The notes beneath the pieces are model-generated. The model was not told the origin of the DNA, did no database searches, and worked only from the letters and a program-made list of their open reading frames with translations. 64,000 nt of DNA, taken from Chiloscyllium plagiosum. Its lineage: Eukaryota. Within the stretch, counting starts at the first letter, position 1; each line of letters opens with the position of its first letter. Below are positions 29,501 through 38,684 of this stretch, piece by piece. Both the position numbers and the translations under genes were made by a program. The stretch spans positions 7,051,346 to 7,115,345 of the forward strand of contig NC_057759.1 of the NCBI RefSeq assembly GCF_004010195.1, given 5' to 3'.

Positions 29501-32500
29501 TCGGAACCACTTTCGTCCTCTCGGGTTCTGGGATGGAGTCTGGCAGGTCATTACAATCTTCTCATATCTCAGTGCATGTTGTGGTTTTACTTCCAGAGTT
29601 AGAGCTTCGTCAGAAACTGCAAAATAATCGTGAGCAAAGTTGGACACAAAATCAGATCGGAATACAACAAATTACAGTTGAAAGATCAAAGGCATTGGGT
29701 TCAAGGTGACATCAGACTGTACAAGACCTTGATCAGGTTATTTTCTTTAGCAGAGGGAGGATTGGTGGCTGGGAATGGGGGTACTGACAGAAATGTGTAC
29801 GATTCTGTAGGGCATGGACAGAATAGATTAGAAGCAGCTGATCCCCTCAGTTGAAGGTTCAATAATAAGGGGGGCATCTTCTTGAGGTGTAAGGCAGGAT
29901 GTTTAGCGAAGGATTTCCAGATTGTTCTACCCAGAGGATGGTGGGCGTTAATGACCCAGCCTTCACAGCTCTCTATAATAAGTAATTCCACAGATAGGAG
30001 CCTCCCCCCTCTCCCAGACTCTCCCACAAAAGCTGAAACAAGCTCTCTCCGCATCTCCCCTGCCAAGTCCCTGGAAGGATCTTCATTCTTCTAATCTCCA
30101 ATGAGCTGAAAATGTGTTGCTGGAAAAGCACAGCAGGTCAGGCAGCATCCAGGGAACAGGAGAATCGACGTTTCGGGCATAAGCCCTTCTTCAGGAATGA
30201 GGGACGAAATGTCCATTCTCCTGTTCCCTGGATGCTGCCGGACCTGCTGCGCTTTTCCAGCAACACATTTTCAGCTCTGATCTCCAGCATCTGCAGACCT
30301 CACTTTCTCCTCAATAATCTCCAATGAGGACAGGCTTAATCTACTTGACCTCTCCTCATGAGAAATCATCAAGTCCCAGTCCAGGGACCTAACCTTAAGG
30401 AAGTGGCTTATGTGGAAAAATGCATACTTGGCTGAACATGGTCTGGGTGGTCAGGAAAAACGTAAAGTCAATGGTTATTGCACCTCCATATGGCGTTCTC
30501 CGATTAACGTGAAGTCAATCCACACTACATATGACTCCAGACCCAAAGCAATGTGGTTGACACTTAACTGCCTTTGGGGATGGGCAACAAGTACTTGCCG
30601 AGATAGCGATGCCCTCATACCATAAATGAATTTTTAAGAAGTACACTTACTGGTCACGACGCCTTTTCCAGGTATCATGCAGTACTGTGAGAAAGTTGTG
30701 CTGCAGCAGTAAAACCCACCAGTTTCTCTATTAACAAGCATTTCAACAACATTACGCTGTGTCTCAATGATTTTCACGCCATTTTTGTACCAATAAACCG
30801 TTCTTCCTTTAAGTGTTCGGCATTCCAATTTTAAAGTCTCTCCTTCTTTTACGAATCCACTTGAGGGATATACATAAATCGTGTCCCTGCCAAAAGCTGA
30901 AGCGAGAGAGAAGCAAGAGGATTGTGAATCCAATCATTGCATCTTGTTGACCTCTCACTATTATAAACACAGTGTGCAGTTCAGCCTCAGTGTACTGGCA
31001 TACGGTACATTGAGCTTTATTTCACCTTGACTTCTGACCGAATAATACAGGAATAAAAAAAGGTCTGAACTTGATGCATTTCATTGGCAACTAACCCTGG
31101 ATTTCTTGACATATCATTACTGTGACACCAATCATTTAGCGAGTTTCATTTCTTTTTGAATGGCTGATCACTGACAGGTATCAGTGTATCTGCTTCTTAG
31201 AAGAGTTAACTACACCGAGTATGTTTAGCCATAAAAAAACAGCTTTATTACAGTGTGAAACGTTTTCAGTGATACCCAACGCTTTGGTTTAATCTCAACT
31301 TGACCAGTGAACCTCAAAGGAGAAAACGTCCAAATGTTTTCTATGTTCTGCCGAAGACGGCCCCACCCCACGCAAATATTACTCAATTTACCAGGCAGAG
31401 ACAATCTCCAGTAAGAGAGAATCCAAACATCGCCTGTTGACGTTCAATGATGTTAGCATCAACGTACCTCCCATCCCTTGTACATTTGCAATAAAACTTT
31501 GTTATTCTGATCCAAACCCTTGAAATAAGGACCAACATTGCCTCCGCCCTTCCTGATTACCTGCTGCCTCCGATGTGCTAGCTTATTGTTTTTCATGCCC
31601 AGGTACCTGCCAAGTCTCCTTGTATTGCAGCTCTCTGACGTTTCTCTCCATTTAAATAATACAATGTTCTCCTGCTCAAAATGATCGTAAAACTGTGTTT
31701 TCCCAAACACCCTGTTTTAAATCGCATGCCCATTTGAAATATAGTGTTGGAGTTAAACTTTGATTCAGATATGCTGAATGGACTCTACCCAATGTGACCA
31801 AGTCTAAGAAAATGGCCATTGGTTGTCATTGTAACTGGTGGGGTATCCTCCATGGAAAGAAGTTAAAAATGATTCTGATGTTTCAGAGACAAAGCCTAAC
31901 CTTGGACCAGAAAGACTGGAATCAAATTCCATTCGATGCAAATTTTGAAAAGTACGGAGAACAATTGGGGCCAGCAAGTCTCCAAATTTCCAAATGGTTT
32001 TGCAAAAAATTTTCAATTCTTCCTACCTTGGATGATCCCATGGAGCGCAAGATTCACTGGAAAACATAAAGGAATTGAAGTGTAAATGCCATTATTTCTG
32101 TCAGTGTCTTCGAAACAACAAGGCAAAGACAATATCAAAGCAATAAAATTGGAGAAGCAGCAGCGAAGCAGCAAATTCCATGACTGTTACTCAATGGGAA
32201 CTGTTGACTCTTTAGCCTCATTGAAGTCGGTGTGGAAATATGAATTGCGTGATGACCCCTTCAGCTTCTCGCTCATCTTTCATTCTAAAATCAATTTTTG
32301 CTTTGTACCTTTCTTCTCTTATTTGCCCCTCATTTTTTACTCCTGTTTTTTTCTCTGCTCAGGTTCCCATTCCATGCCATTCTTTTTTAACAAATAAATG
32401 GAACTGTAAATCTAGATATGTTTTGAAAAATGAAATACGAATTGAAAAGACTACTGTATAAGGAATCACGTTCACATAACTTTCCATTTCTTGCCTCGAA

Positions 32501-33672
32501 TACGTTCTCGGAAACCCCGAAAGTTAGTCAAGACTTACCAAGGATCTCCGCACTGAGGCTTCTGGTTTAGGGACAAGAGGCTACAATTACAGCAGGTCTC
32601 CTAGTGTAACATCTCTGATCAGTTTCAAGATGCATACACATCTCCCCCTGCATCTAAAGAATCTTCACGGGAGAGCGAGGGCTACTTTCAGCTTAACTGC
32701 AGAGCTAGAGAGGTCAGAAGCCCAGGAAAAGGCCCATGATGCCATCATCTCAGAACTATACAAAAACAGCCAAATCACTATTCTCTGAACCAAATTCCCC
32801 AGCACTTGGCCCAAAGCCTTGTCATCGCAAATGCATATCTAAATACTTCTTCAATGTGATGTGGGTTTCTGCCTTTCTCACCCTTACAGCTAGAGTGTTC
32901 CACATTTTCTACCACCCTCTGGGTGAAAATCTTTTTCCATATATTCGCCTCTAAACCTCCTGGCCTGTACCTTTAATCTATGCCCCTCTCTAGGTCATTG
33001 ATCCCTCCCGGAAGGGGGAAAGCTTTTTTCCTATGTAGCCGATGTATTCTCCCTCATCATTTTATACATCCCAATCATGTCCCCTCCCACTCCCCATTCC
33101 TCTCTGCTCTAACGAAAATAACCTCAGTCTGTCCAATCTCTCTCAGTCATTGAAACCCTCCAACCCACAAGGCAACAGTCTGCTAAATCTCGTTATGTTT
33201 ATGAAAAATGATGGTGTTTCCTTTCACTGCTCAGTGAGATTACTTGCCCTCTATCTTATTGGACATTATCCTCCGTTTGGCGGGTTCTGAAATTCTACTG
33301 ATCCATCCATGACTTAACATTTTTGGTTTGCATGTAACATGCATCCTTTTCCGCAAAGATCAGATAATATTGCACTAAGTGGAATCAAATAACAATAATT
33401 GAAATATTCAATTCTTCCTCTCTCTCTCTCTCAGTTTTGAAATGCTATCATCAAAGCTTCTAACACTTTGTTATTCCCGATTTTTTCAAAGATTTTTTTT
33501 ATGATGGGCGCAGCAATTATTTTTTGCACTTGAGGAACTGCGAAGGAAGTGTCGGGTTATCTGCAGTAGAATAAAACTTCACGTGACCGGGCAACAGAGC
33601 AGGTTTGTCAGGGACAAGATTCCATTGTAACACACACTTACACAGGATAAAAAGCACGGAGATCTGCAACAT
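2839..33672 (-). CDS. FCRL: Fc receptor-like (FCRL-family) inhibitory-type Ig-superfamily receptor; join(33642..33672,[32539..32559],30651..30896,29350..29616,21675..21953,20676..20948,16914..17198,12809..13111,9667..9768,8879..8909,8291..8364,6444..6503,4839..4873,2839..2958); 708 aa with mini-exon S2, 701 aa without
   Basis: All exons except S2 have GT-AG boundaries with mutually compatible phases and join into one open frame: leader, 6 Ig domains, TM, and a tail with Tyr motifs. Domain starts (SDEALTLEV, ERFAKPLL, RIPVSKPLL, VPVADAML) and the 31-nt + 21-nt split leader resemble FcR/FCRL genes. Family-level call only; orthology to a numbered mammalian FCRL cannot be assigned. Confidence 0.85.
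4839..4873 (-). CDS. FCRL-like cytoplasmic exon 4: GNSPGVSSDGKK
   Basis: tttattttcag|GC ... AAG|gtatgt; 35 nt, phase 1 to 0. Confidence 0.8.
5460..5495. repeat. (TC)n microsatellite (others at ~35352, ~38651, ~52818, ~62707)
   Basis: Directly visible dinucleotide runs. Confidence 0.95.
6444..6503 (-). CDS. FCRL-like cytoplasmic exon 3 with ITIM LVYSVV
   Basis: tttctttgtag|AA ... GCT G|gtaaaa; 60 nt, phase 1/1; encodes ENTSADLVYSVVTIKKTMEA. Confidence 0.82.
8291..8364 (-). CDS. FCRL-like cytoplasmic exon 2 with ITIM LEYAAV
   Basis: aactag|A ... ACT G|gtaagt; 74 nt, phase 2 to 1; encodes RSQPSVEGAAVSNLEYAAVGAAQNT. Confidence 0.82.
8879..8909 (-). CDS. FCRL-like cytoplasmic exon 1: GNSSTVSPPR
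   Basis: tctttctctgcag|GC ... AG|gtaagt; 31 nt, phase 1 to 2. Confidence 0.8.
9030..9295 (-). mobile_element. Penelope-like terminal fragment
   Basis: Same gtgctggaaaa..cagcatcc..gaatcgacgtttcgggcataagcccttcttcagg terminus and purine-rich tract as the copies at 26.1 and 44.9 kb. Confidence 0.75.
9087..9122 (-). ncRNA. Minimal hammerhead-ribozyme-like motif (PLE-associated)
   Basis: Minus strand: ATTC-CTGAAGA-A-GGGC ttat GCCC-GAAA-CG-TC-GATT. Confidence 0.6.
9667..9768 (-). CDS. FCRL-like transmembrane exon: ARSYYMEIAALLLPVLLLASLIVLVRFIHRRRDT
   Basis: atttcag|CT ... ACA G|gtgtgt; 102 nt, phase 1/1; hydrophobic run followed by a basic stop-transfer segment (HRRR). Not the frame shown in the ORF track. 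Confidence 0.88.
10020..12220 (+). mobile_element. CR1 LINE fragment interrupted by a nested Penelope-like insertion
   Basis: VANVFPLFK, KFANDTK, HLEYCVQF; the CR1 sequence breaks at ~10598 and resumes at ~11159. Confidence 0.9.
10600..11158 (-). mobile_element. Penelope-like element fragment (GIY-YIG region), nested in CR1
   Basis: Minus strand reads AHKPTTTLRQLL, then (frameshifted) NVTYKIPCKDCNKHYIGQTDRKLATNIHEH. Confidence 0.85.
12809..13111 (-). CDS. FCRL-like membrane-proximal Ig domain 6 exon (101 codons)
   Basis: ttctcctcag|TT ... CGA G|gtaaca; encodes VPVADAML...LVLQC...FVWYRDN...NVGKYHC. Confidence 0.92.
16060..16800 (+). mobile_element. CR1 3' fragment (homologous position also at ~53850-54350)
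   Basis: Similar to the CR1 3' ends elsewhere in the window. Confidence 0.8.
16914..17198 (-). CDS. FCRL-like Ig domain 5 exon (95 codons)
   Basis: ttttcag|GA ... ATA G|gtgagt; encodes IPVSKPLL...SLICSVSNGSLPIYYQFYKD...HEGFYHC. Confidence 0.92.
17491..17698. mobile_element. Short hairpin (inverted pLTR) Penelope-derived insertion with 14-bp TSD
   Basis: Inverted arms ctgaaaatgtgttgctgg... / ...ccagcaacacattttcag; direct repeat agaacaagaagaag at 17477-17490 and 17697-17710. Confidence 0.85.
17606..17641 (+). ncRNA. Minimal type I hammerhead-ribozyme-like motif (PLE-associated)
   Basis: ATTC-CTGAAGA-T-GGGC ttat GCCC-GAAA-CG-TC-GATT: intact CUGAnGA and GAAA core, 4-bp stem II, palindromic ACGU at helix III. 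Confidence 0.6.
20676..20948 (-). CDS. FCRL-like Ig domain 4 exon (91 codons)
   Basis: attccag|AG ... AAG C|gtgagt; encodes AFALPMLKI...VKLVC...LRYSFYRNG...DSGTYHC. Confidence 0.9.
21675..21953 (-). CDS. FCRL-like Ig domain 3 exon (93 codons)
   Basis: attccag|AA ... AAA C|gtaact; encodes ERFAKPLL...FEGLWLTLTC...LHYTFYRD...SGSYACEA. Confidence 0.9.
22675..23009 (-). mobile_element. HE1-type tRNA-derived V-SINE, full length
   Basis: A box TGGCACAGTGG, B box GGTTCAATTCC, V-domain (gtggagtttgcacgttctccccgtgtctgcgtgggtttcctccgggtgctccggtttcctcccaca), CR1-like 3' end and (taatc)n tail. The 5' 12-mer is duplicated. Confidence 0.93.
24902..25163 (-). pseudogene. Decayed Ig-domain pseudo-exon inside the FCRL-like gene
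   Basis: ttttctttcag acceptor and caag|gtacat donor. Pieces read SPLEGVTVILNS, TDDSGLYSC and VSQSFDVQIQ. The exon has stops (TGA 25161-25159, TAG 25072-25070), frameshifts, and AGT in place of the B-strand Cys. Confidence 0.7.
26046..27148 (-). mobile_element. Penelope-like element 3' portion with GIY-YIG endonuclease remnant
   Basis: CSRCGLLYIG...HFREHL...VNHFNSPSHS...EEERFIFHFGSL, followed by the same terminal sequence found in the other PLE copies. Confidence 0.85.
27150..28085 (-). mobile_element. CR1 fragment
   Basis: Reverse complement carries the PQGSVLG, DDIKI and EYCVQFW-type segments seen in the other CR1 copies. Confidence 0.8.
28290..29235 (-). mobile_element. Old LINE fragment of a second CR1/L2-group family (related pieces at ~7000-7545, ~14220-14810, ~18340-18960, ~3420-3800)
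   Basis: Shared motif ...gcagcagtgtgtaccatctac...gcagaaattcaccaa... recurs between these loci; no intact ORF. Confidence 0.65.
29350..29616 (-). CDS. FCRL-like Ig domain 2 exon (89 codons)
   Basis: ttttgcag|TT ... TCA G|gttggt; encodes IVMTC...WYRNN...LTIESAAFSDEALYRC. Confidence 0.88.
30106..30314. mobile_element. Short hairpin Penelope-derived insertion with 14-bp TSD
   Basis: Same inverted arms; direct repeat taatctccaatgag at 30092-30105 and 30315-30328. Confidence 0.85.
30163..30198 (-). ncRNA. Minimal hammerhead-ribozyme-like motif (PLE-associated)
   Basis: Minus strand: ATTC-CTGAAGA-A-GGGC ttat GCCC-GAAA-CG-TC-GATT. Confidence 0.6.
30651..30896 (-). CDS. FCRL-like Ig domain 1 exon (82 codons)
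   Basis: ttcag|CT ... ACC A|gtaagt; encodes EGETLKLEC...VYWYKNG...GGFYCC. Confidence 0.85.
32539..32559 (-). CDS. FCRL-like 21-nt leader mini-exon S2 (C)LSAEIL(A), in-frame acceptor defective
   Basis: GC CTC AGT GCG GAG ATC CTT G|gtaagt completes the signal peptide MLQISVLFILCLSAEILA, but it is preceded by ...ccagAA rather than AG. Confidence 0.6.
33642..33672 (-). CDS. FCRL-like coding exon 1 (leader S1): MLQISVLFIL, phase 1
   Basis: Minus strand reads ggaaATG TTG CAG ATC TCC GTG CTT TTT ATC CTG T|gtaagt: 31 coding nt, hydrophobic, with a perfect donor. Confidence 0.8.
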
Positions 33673-34044
33673 TTCCGACGCGGTTTTGTAGCACAACAGT
33701 GTCCAACTCAGTGTGACCTGGTGACTGCTACGTCAAAGCTTTCTCTCTCACAGTTACCTGCAACAGAAGGCGATATGTTCAGAAACAGCAGCAGGAGGCT
33801 GCTCTCTCCATACTCTGCTCGCCCTTCCAATTAATTAGCTACATTCACAGGAACAGCAGTAGACCAACACTTCGAACCTGTTCCAATAAACAATGCTTGA
33901 TCTGCGGCCGAGCTCCACATATATTGCTTTGGACACATCCCGTTCATATCGTTGCTGAACAAACATTGATCCATCTGGGACTGAAAAGGAAGAACAGAAC
34001 GAGCATCCACTGGTATTAGTGGAAGACATTTACCAACCTGTCCC

Positions 34045-35280
34045 AACGAATAGTCGATAGGTTACGTGCTGGAAGACTGGAGGTTGTCTGACATGTTGCC
34101 TCTTTTTAAGAAGGGTGGTAAGGACAAGCCAGGGAATTATAGACCAGTGAGCCTGACGTCGGTGGTGGGCAATTTGTTGGAGGGAATCCCGAGGGACAGG
34201 ATGCACATGTATTTGTAAAGTCAACGACTGATTAGAGATAGTCAACATGGCTTCGTGCGTGGGAAATCATGTTCAAAAACTTGATTGAGATTTTGAAGAA
34301 GTAACAAAGAGTATTGATGAGGGCAATGTGGTGGACGTGAACTATATGGACTTCAGAGAGGCGTTCCACAAGGTTCCCCATCGGAGACTGTTCAGCAAGG
34401 TTAGATCTCATGGTATATAGGGCGAATGAGCCATTTGGATACCAAACTGGCTCAAAGGGAGAAGACAGAGAGTGATGGTGGAGCGTTGGTCGGTTTTCAG
34501 ACTGGAGACCTGTGACCAGTGGAGTGCCACAAGGATCTGTGCTTCCTCCAGTACTTTTCATCACTTATATAAATGGTTTGGATGTGAGCAGAAGAGGAAT
34601 AGTTAGTAAGCTGTCAGATGACACCAAAATTGGAAGTGTAGTAGACAACGAAGAAGATAGCTTCGGATTGAGTCCAGGAGTTGGGAGGTCATTTAGCGGC
34701 TGTAGAAGATATTGGCGAGGCCACGTTTGGAATATTGCGTGCAAATCTGGTCTCCTTCCTATTGGAAGGGTGTTGTGAGACTTGAAAGATTTCAGAAAAG
34801 ATTTAGAAGGATGTTGGAGGATTTGAGCTACAGCGACAGGCTAAATGGACACGGGCTACTTTCCCTGGAGCTTCACAGGCTGCGGGGTGAACATATAGAG
34901 GTTTATAAAATCATGAGGGGCATAGATAGGATAAATAGACAAAGTATTTTCCATGACATGCGGAAGTCCAGAACTAGAGGTCATAGGTTTAGGGTGTGAG
35001 GGGACAGATATAAAAAGAGACCTAAGTGGCAACTTTTTCATGCAGAATGTGATGTGTGAATGTAATGAGCTGCCACAGGAAATGCTGGAGGCTAGTACAA
35101 CAGCAATATTTAAAAGGCATCTGGAAGGGTATCTGAATAGGATGACTTTGAAGGGAAATGGGCCGGGTGCTGGCAGGAGGGACTGAATTGGTTTGGGATA
35201 TCTAGTTGGCATGGACGTGTTGGACCAAAGGGTCTGCTTCCGTGCTGTAAATCTCTATGACTCCAAGATTCTATGACTCT
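34045..35280 (+). mobile_element. CR1 LINE 3' fragment with internal deletion
   Basis: EDWR, NYRPVSLTS, SGVPQGSVL, LEYCVQIWSP; ends in ctctatgact. Confidence 0.92.
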
Positions 35281-38200
35281 TTGCCCAGAGTTATTGCTAC
35301 TTACAGGACAAGAAAGAAACAAGAGCCAACTTCTGTCTGACAGCCATTTCTGAGAGAGAGAGAGAGAGAGAGAAAGAAAGAAAGAGAGAAAGAAACAGGA
35401 AACATCCTGCGATACATGGCACTTATAAGCACTCCCATCGTGACACAACCCCTCCCGGAGGAGGGAACGCAAATCAATCCTGGAAAGCCTTTGGAATGAG
35501 TTTTATCAGAGTTTAACTGCCAGTACTGAGGCTGAGTACACTTCTGCAGCTGTCATGACGATGGCATATTGCCACGGCTCTTTCTGCCGTTAAAGCAGCA
35601 ACATCTGTGAATAAAACAGAAATCACGGTTTAAAGTGAAAGCAAAAAAGTCGTGCAGCCCACAAAGACACAACGACTCTCCATTTCACCACCGTAATATC
35701 CATCCATTTTATGTCTCTATTTTGTTTTCACCACATTTAACAACCGCTTTGTCCTTTCCACCAGTAGTGACCATTTCCATTCACTCCTCCCCTACCAAGT
35801 GTATCACAAAAACCGTTTTTCCCATCACTTTCAGTTCTGAAGAAGGGTCACTGAAGTCGAAATGTTAACTGTGTTTCTCTCTGAGTTTCTCTGGCACTTC
35901 CATTGTTTATAACCAGTAACATAGAACAATACAGCAGAATTACTAGGCCCTTCTGCCCCCCATGTTGTCTCAAACAGAACACTAAATGAAGCTGATCACT
36001 TCTGCTTGCTCTTGGTCCATGTCACTCCATTCCTTGAATTTTCAAAGTCTTATCTAAAATTCTCTTAAAAACCTGGACTGTGCCTGTCTCAACCTCCATC
36101 CTTGGCATTGCGTTCCAGACTCCTTTCACTCTCTGTGTAAAAACAGCTTGCACCTCTAATCTCCTTTAAACTTTCCCCTTCTCACCTTAAATGTATGCCC
36201 CCGAATATCAGAAATATTAACTCTGGGCAATAGATTCCAACCGTCAACCCTATCTATGCAAAGCATAATTTTAAACTCTTCTGTGAAGTTTCCCCTCGGC
36301 CTCAGCCGCTCAACAGAAAAAAGTACAAGTTTTTCTAGCTTCCCATTATAGTCCATTCCCTCAACTTCAGGCAACACCCAGATACCCGTATTGTGTATCC
36401 TTCCAAATCCTCCATATCCTTCCTGTAATGTGGCGAACACAATTGCACACAAAACTCTAAGTATGGCCTAACCACCGTCATATGAACCTGCAATATTACT
36501 CCCTGACTCTTGTACTCATTTCCCTATAGAATAAAGGCAAGCATGCTGTACGACGTCTTCACCAACCGATTTACTTACATGGCTACTTACAGCGAGCTAT
36601 ATACTTGAACTGCAAGATCTCTCTGTGCATCAGTGCTGGATGCTGAACTGAATGATTTTCTTTAATATTTGATCTCGCAAAATGTAGCACCTCACATTTA
36701 CATGGATTCCACTCCATCTGCCATTTCTCTGTCAATATCTGCAACCGAACTGGATCCCGTTGTATCCTATGACAGCCTTCTACACTACCCATAACCCCAC
36801 CAATCTTTTTTAATATTTGCAAACGTACTAACCCACCCGTCTACACTTTTATGTACGTCATTAATGTAATCACAAACAACAGAAGTCCTAGGGCATCATT
36901 AAACACGGACCTCCAGCCTAAAAACCGCTATTCCACCATTACCTTCTTTAAGCAAGCCCATTCTGAATCTACGCAGCAAAGTCACTCTGGATCCCACGCA
37001 TCTTAATCTTCTTTATTAGCCAGCCAAGAAAGGCCTTTTCAGAAGCCTTATTAACACCTATGTAAATAAACTCCACAGCTCCATCCTCATTGATTGTCAC
37101 CTACATGTAAAATTCAATCAAATTAGTAAGACATGAGCTGTCCTGCAAAAAGGCAGACTGACTGTCCCTGATTAAGGCATGATTTTCTAAATGTGCACAA
37201 ATCCTACCCGGGGAATTCTCTCCAATACCTTGAAGAGCATTGATGTGAGTTTCACTGGTCTATGGTTTCCTGCTTATTCACTATTTTCCTTCTGGAACGA
37301 AGGAACAACATTATCTGCCTGCCAGTCCTCCAGCATCTCTCCATTAAACAGCGAGATATAAAATCTTACCAAAGGCCCAAGAAAATTCCCTCTATTTCCT
37401 CTCTCAATAAATGGTGTTGATAAAATCAGGCCGTGGGGAATATATCATCGGGCCCTGAGGACGTATCCACCTTAATGCTCTTCAAGAGACCCATCATCAC
37501 TTATTTCTTGATCTTAGCATGCTGTAGTATATTCGTATGCTCATTACACATCTCACTAACTCCTTCATAGCCATTTCCAGGGTGAATATCAATGCTCATT
37601 TAGGATCTTGCCCACACCTTCTGCCTTCAAACTTAAGTTCCTTCCTTTAACCTTGACTGGTCCTACAGTCTCTCTCGTTATCCTCTGTTTACACTGAGAC
37701 CTGCTGATTTTCCTCAGCACTTTCTGCGTTTATAAACTATAAAATTAACTCTGTTTCTCTCTCTCTCTCTCTCTAACTCATTTCTGGTTTTGTTTATTCT
37801 TTTGCTCATCTCATACTCACGATTCAAAAAATAACATTTTGACAACACAAATTTGCATATAACAATTTTTGAACACAGTTGAAATGTCTTGATCTCATAT
37901 TTCCAATGCTATACGTGGCACTGACTCATCTGGTTTTATTTTACAGCACAGGGTATTATTTTTAAAATATAAGTGGTCTGACAGTCAGTGCTGACACGGG
38001 ACCAGTAATGCAATGATTGAATTGCTTTATTCATTAATATAAAAACTGTGGAATTGCAGGAGATCTGAAACAACAAAAAAAAACTAAAAGTGCTGAAAAA
38101 TCTCAGCAGGTCCGGCAGCATTTAGGAGTAGAGACAGAACAAAGTTAAAGTTGCAGATTATACACGCAGAAAGTATTGGAGAAACTCAGCAGGTTTGGCA

Positions 38201-38649
38201 GCATTTGTGAACAGAGGCAGATCACAGCTAATGTTACAGATTATAGATACAGAAAAGTGCTGGAGAATCTCAACAGGTCTGTCTGCATGCGTGAATAGAC
38301 ACAGAACAGAGTTAATGTTACAGGATTTAAACACAAAAGCCGCAGGTGTTGTGTGTGAATGTAATGAGCTGCCAGAGCAAATGGTGGAGGCTCGTACGAC
38401 AGCAATATTTAAAAGGCATCTGGAAGGGTATCTGAATAGGAATACTTTGAAGGGATATGGGCCTGGTGCTGGCAGGTGGGACTGGATTGGTTTGGGATAC
38501 CTGGTTGGCTTGGACGAGTTGGACCAAAGGGTCTGCTTCCGTGCTGTAAATCTTTATGACTCCATGATTCTATGACTCATTGCCCAGAGTTATTGCTACT
38601 TACAGGACCAGAAAGAAACAAGAGTCAACTTCTGTCTGACAGCCATTTC

Positions 38650-38684
<35 letters not shown>

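Noticed and set aside
31385..31420. Alternative leader mini-exon ending at a gtaaat donor
   Set aside because: The candidate length is not a multiple of three, and the sequence resembles the LINE fragments elsewhere in the window.
2839..33672. PECAM1 identity (also 6 Ig domains plus ITIM tail)
   Set aside because: The domain-start motifs, 31+21-nt leader, fossil seventh domain and nearby paralog relic fit FCRL better. Not formally excluded without a phylogeny.
35560..35604. VAALTAERAVAICH resembling a GPCR TM3/DRY region
   Set aside because: The frame stops within about 30 codons, no other TM segments are present, and the duplicate copy has a 1-nt indel there. Likely chance.
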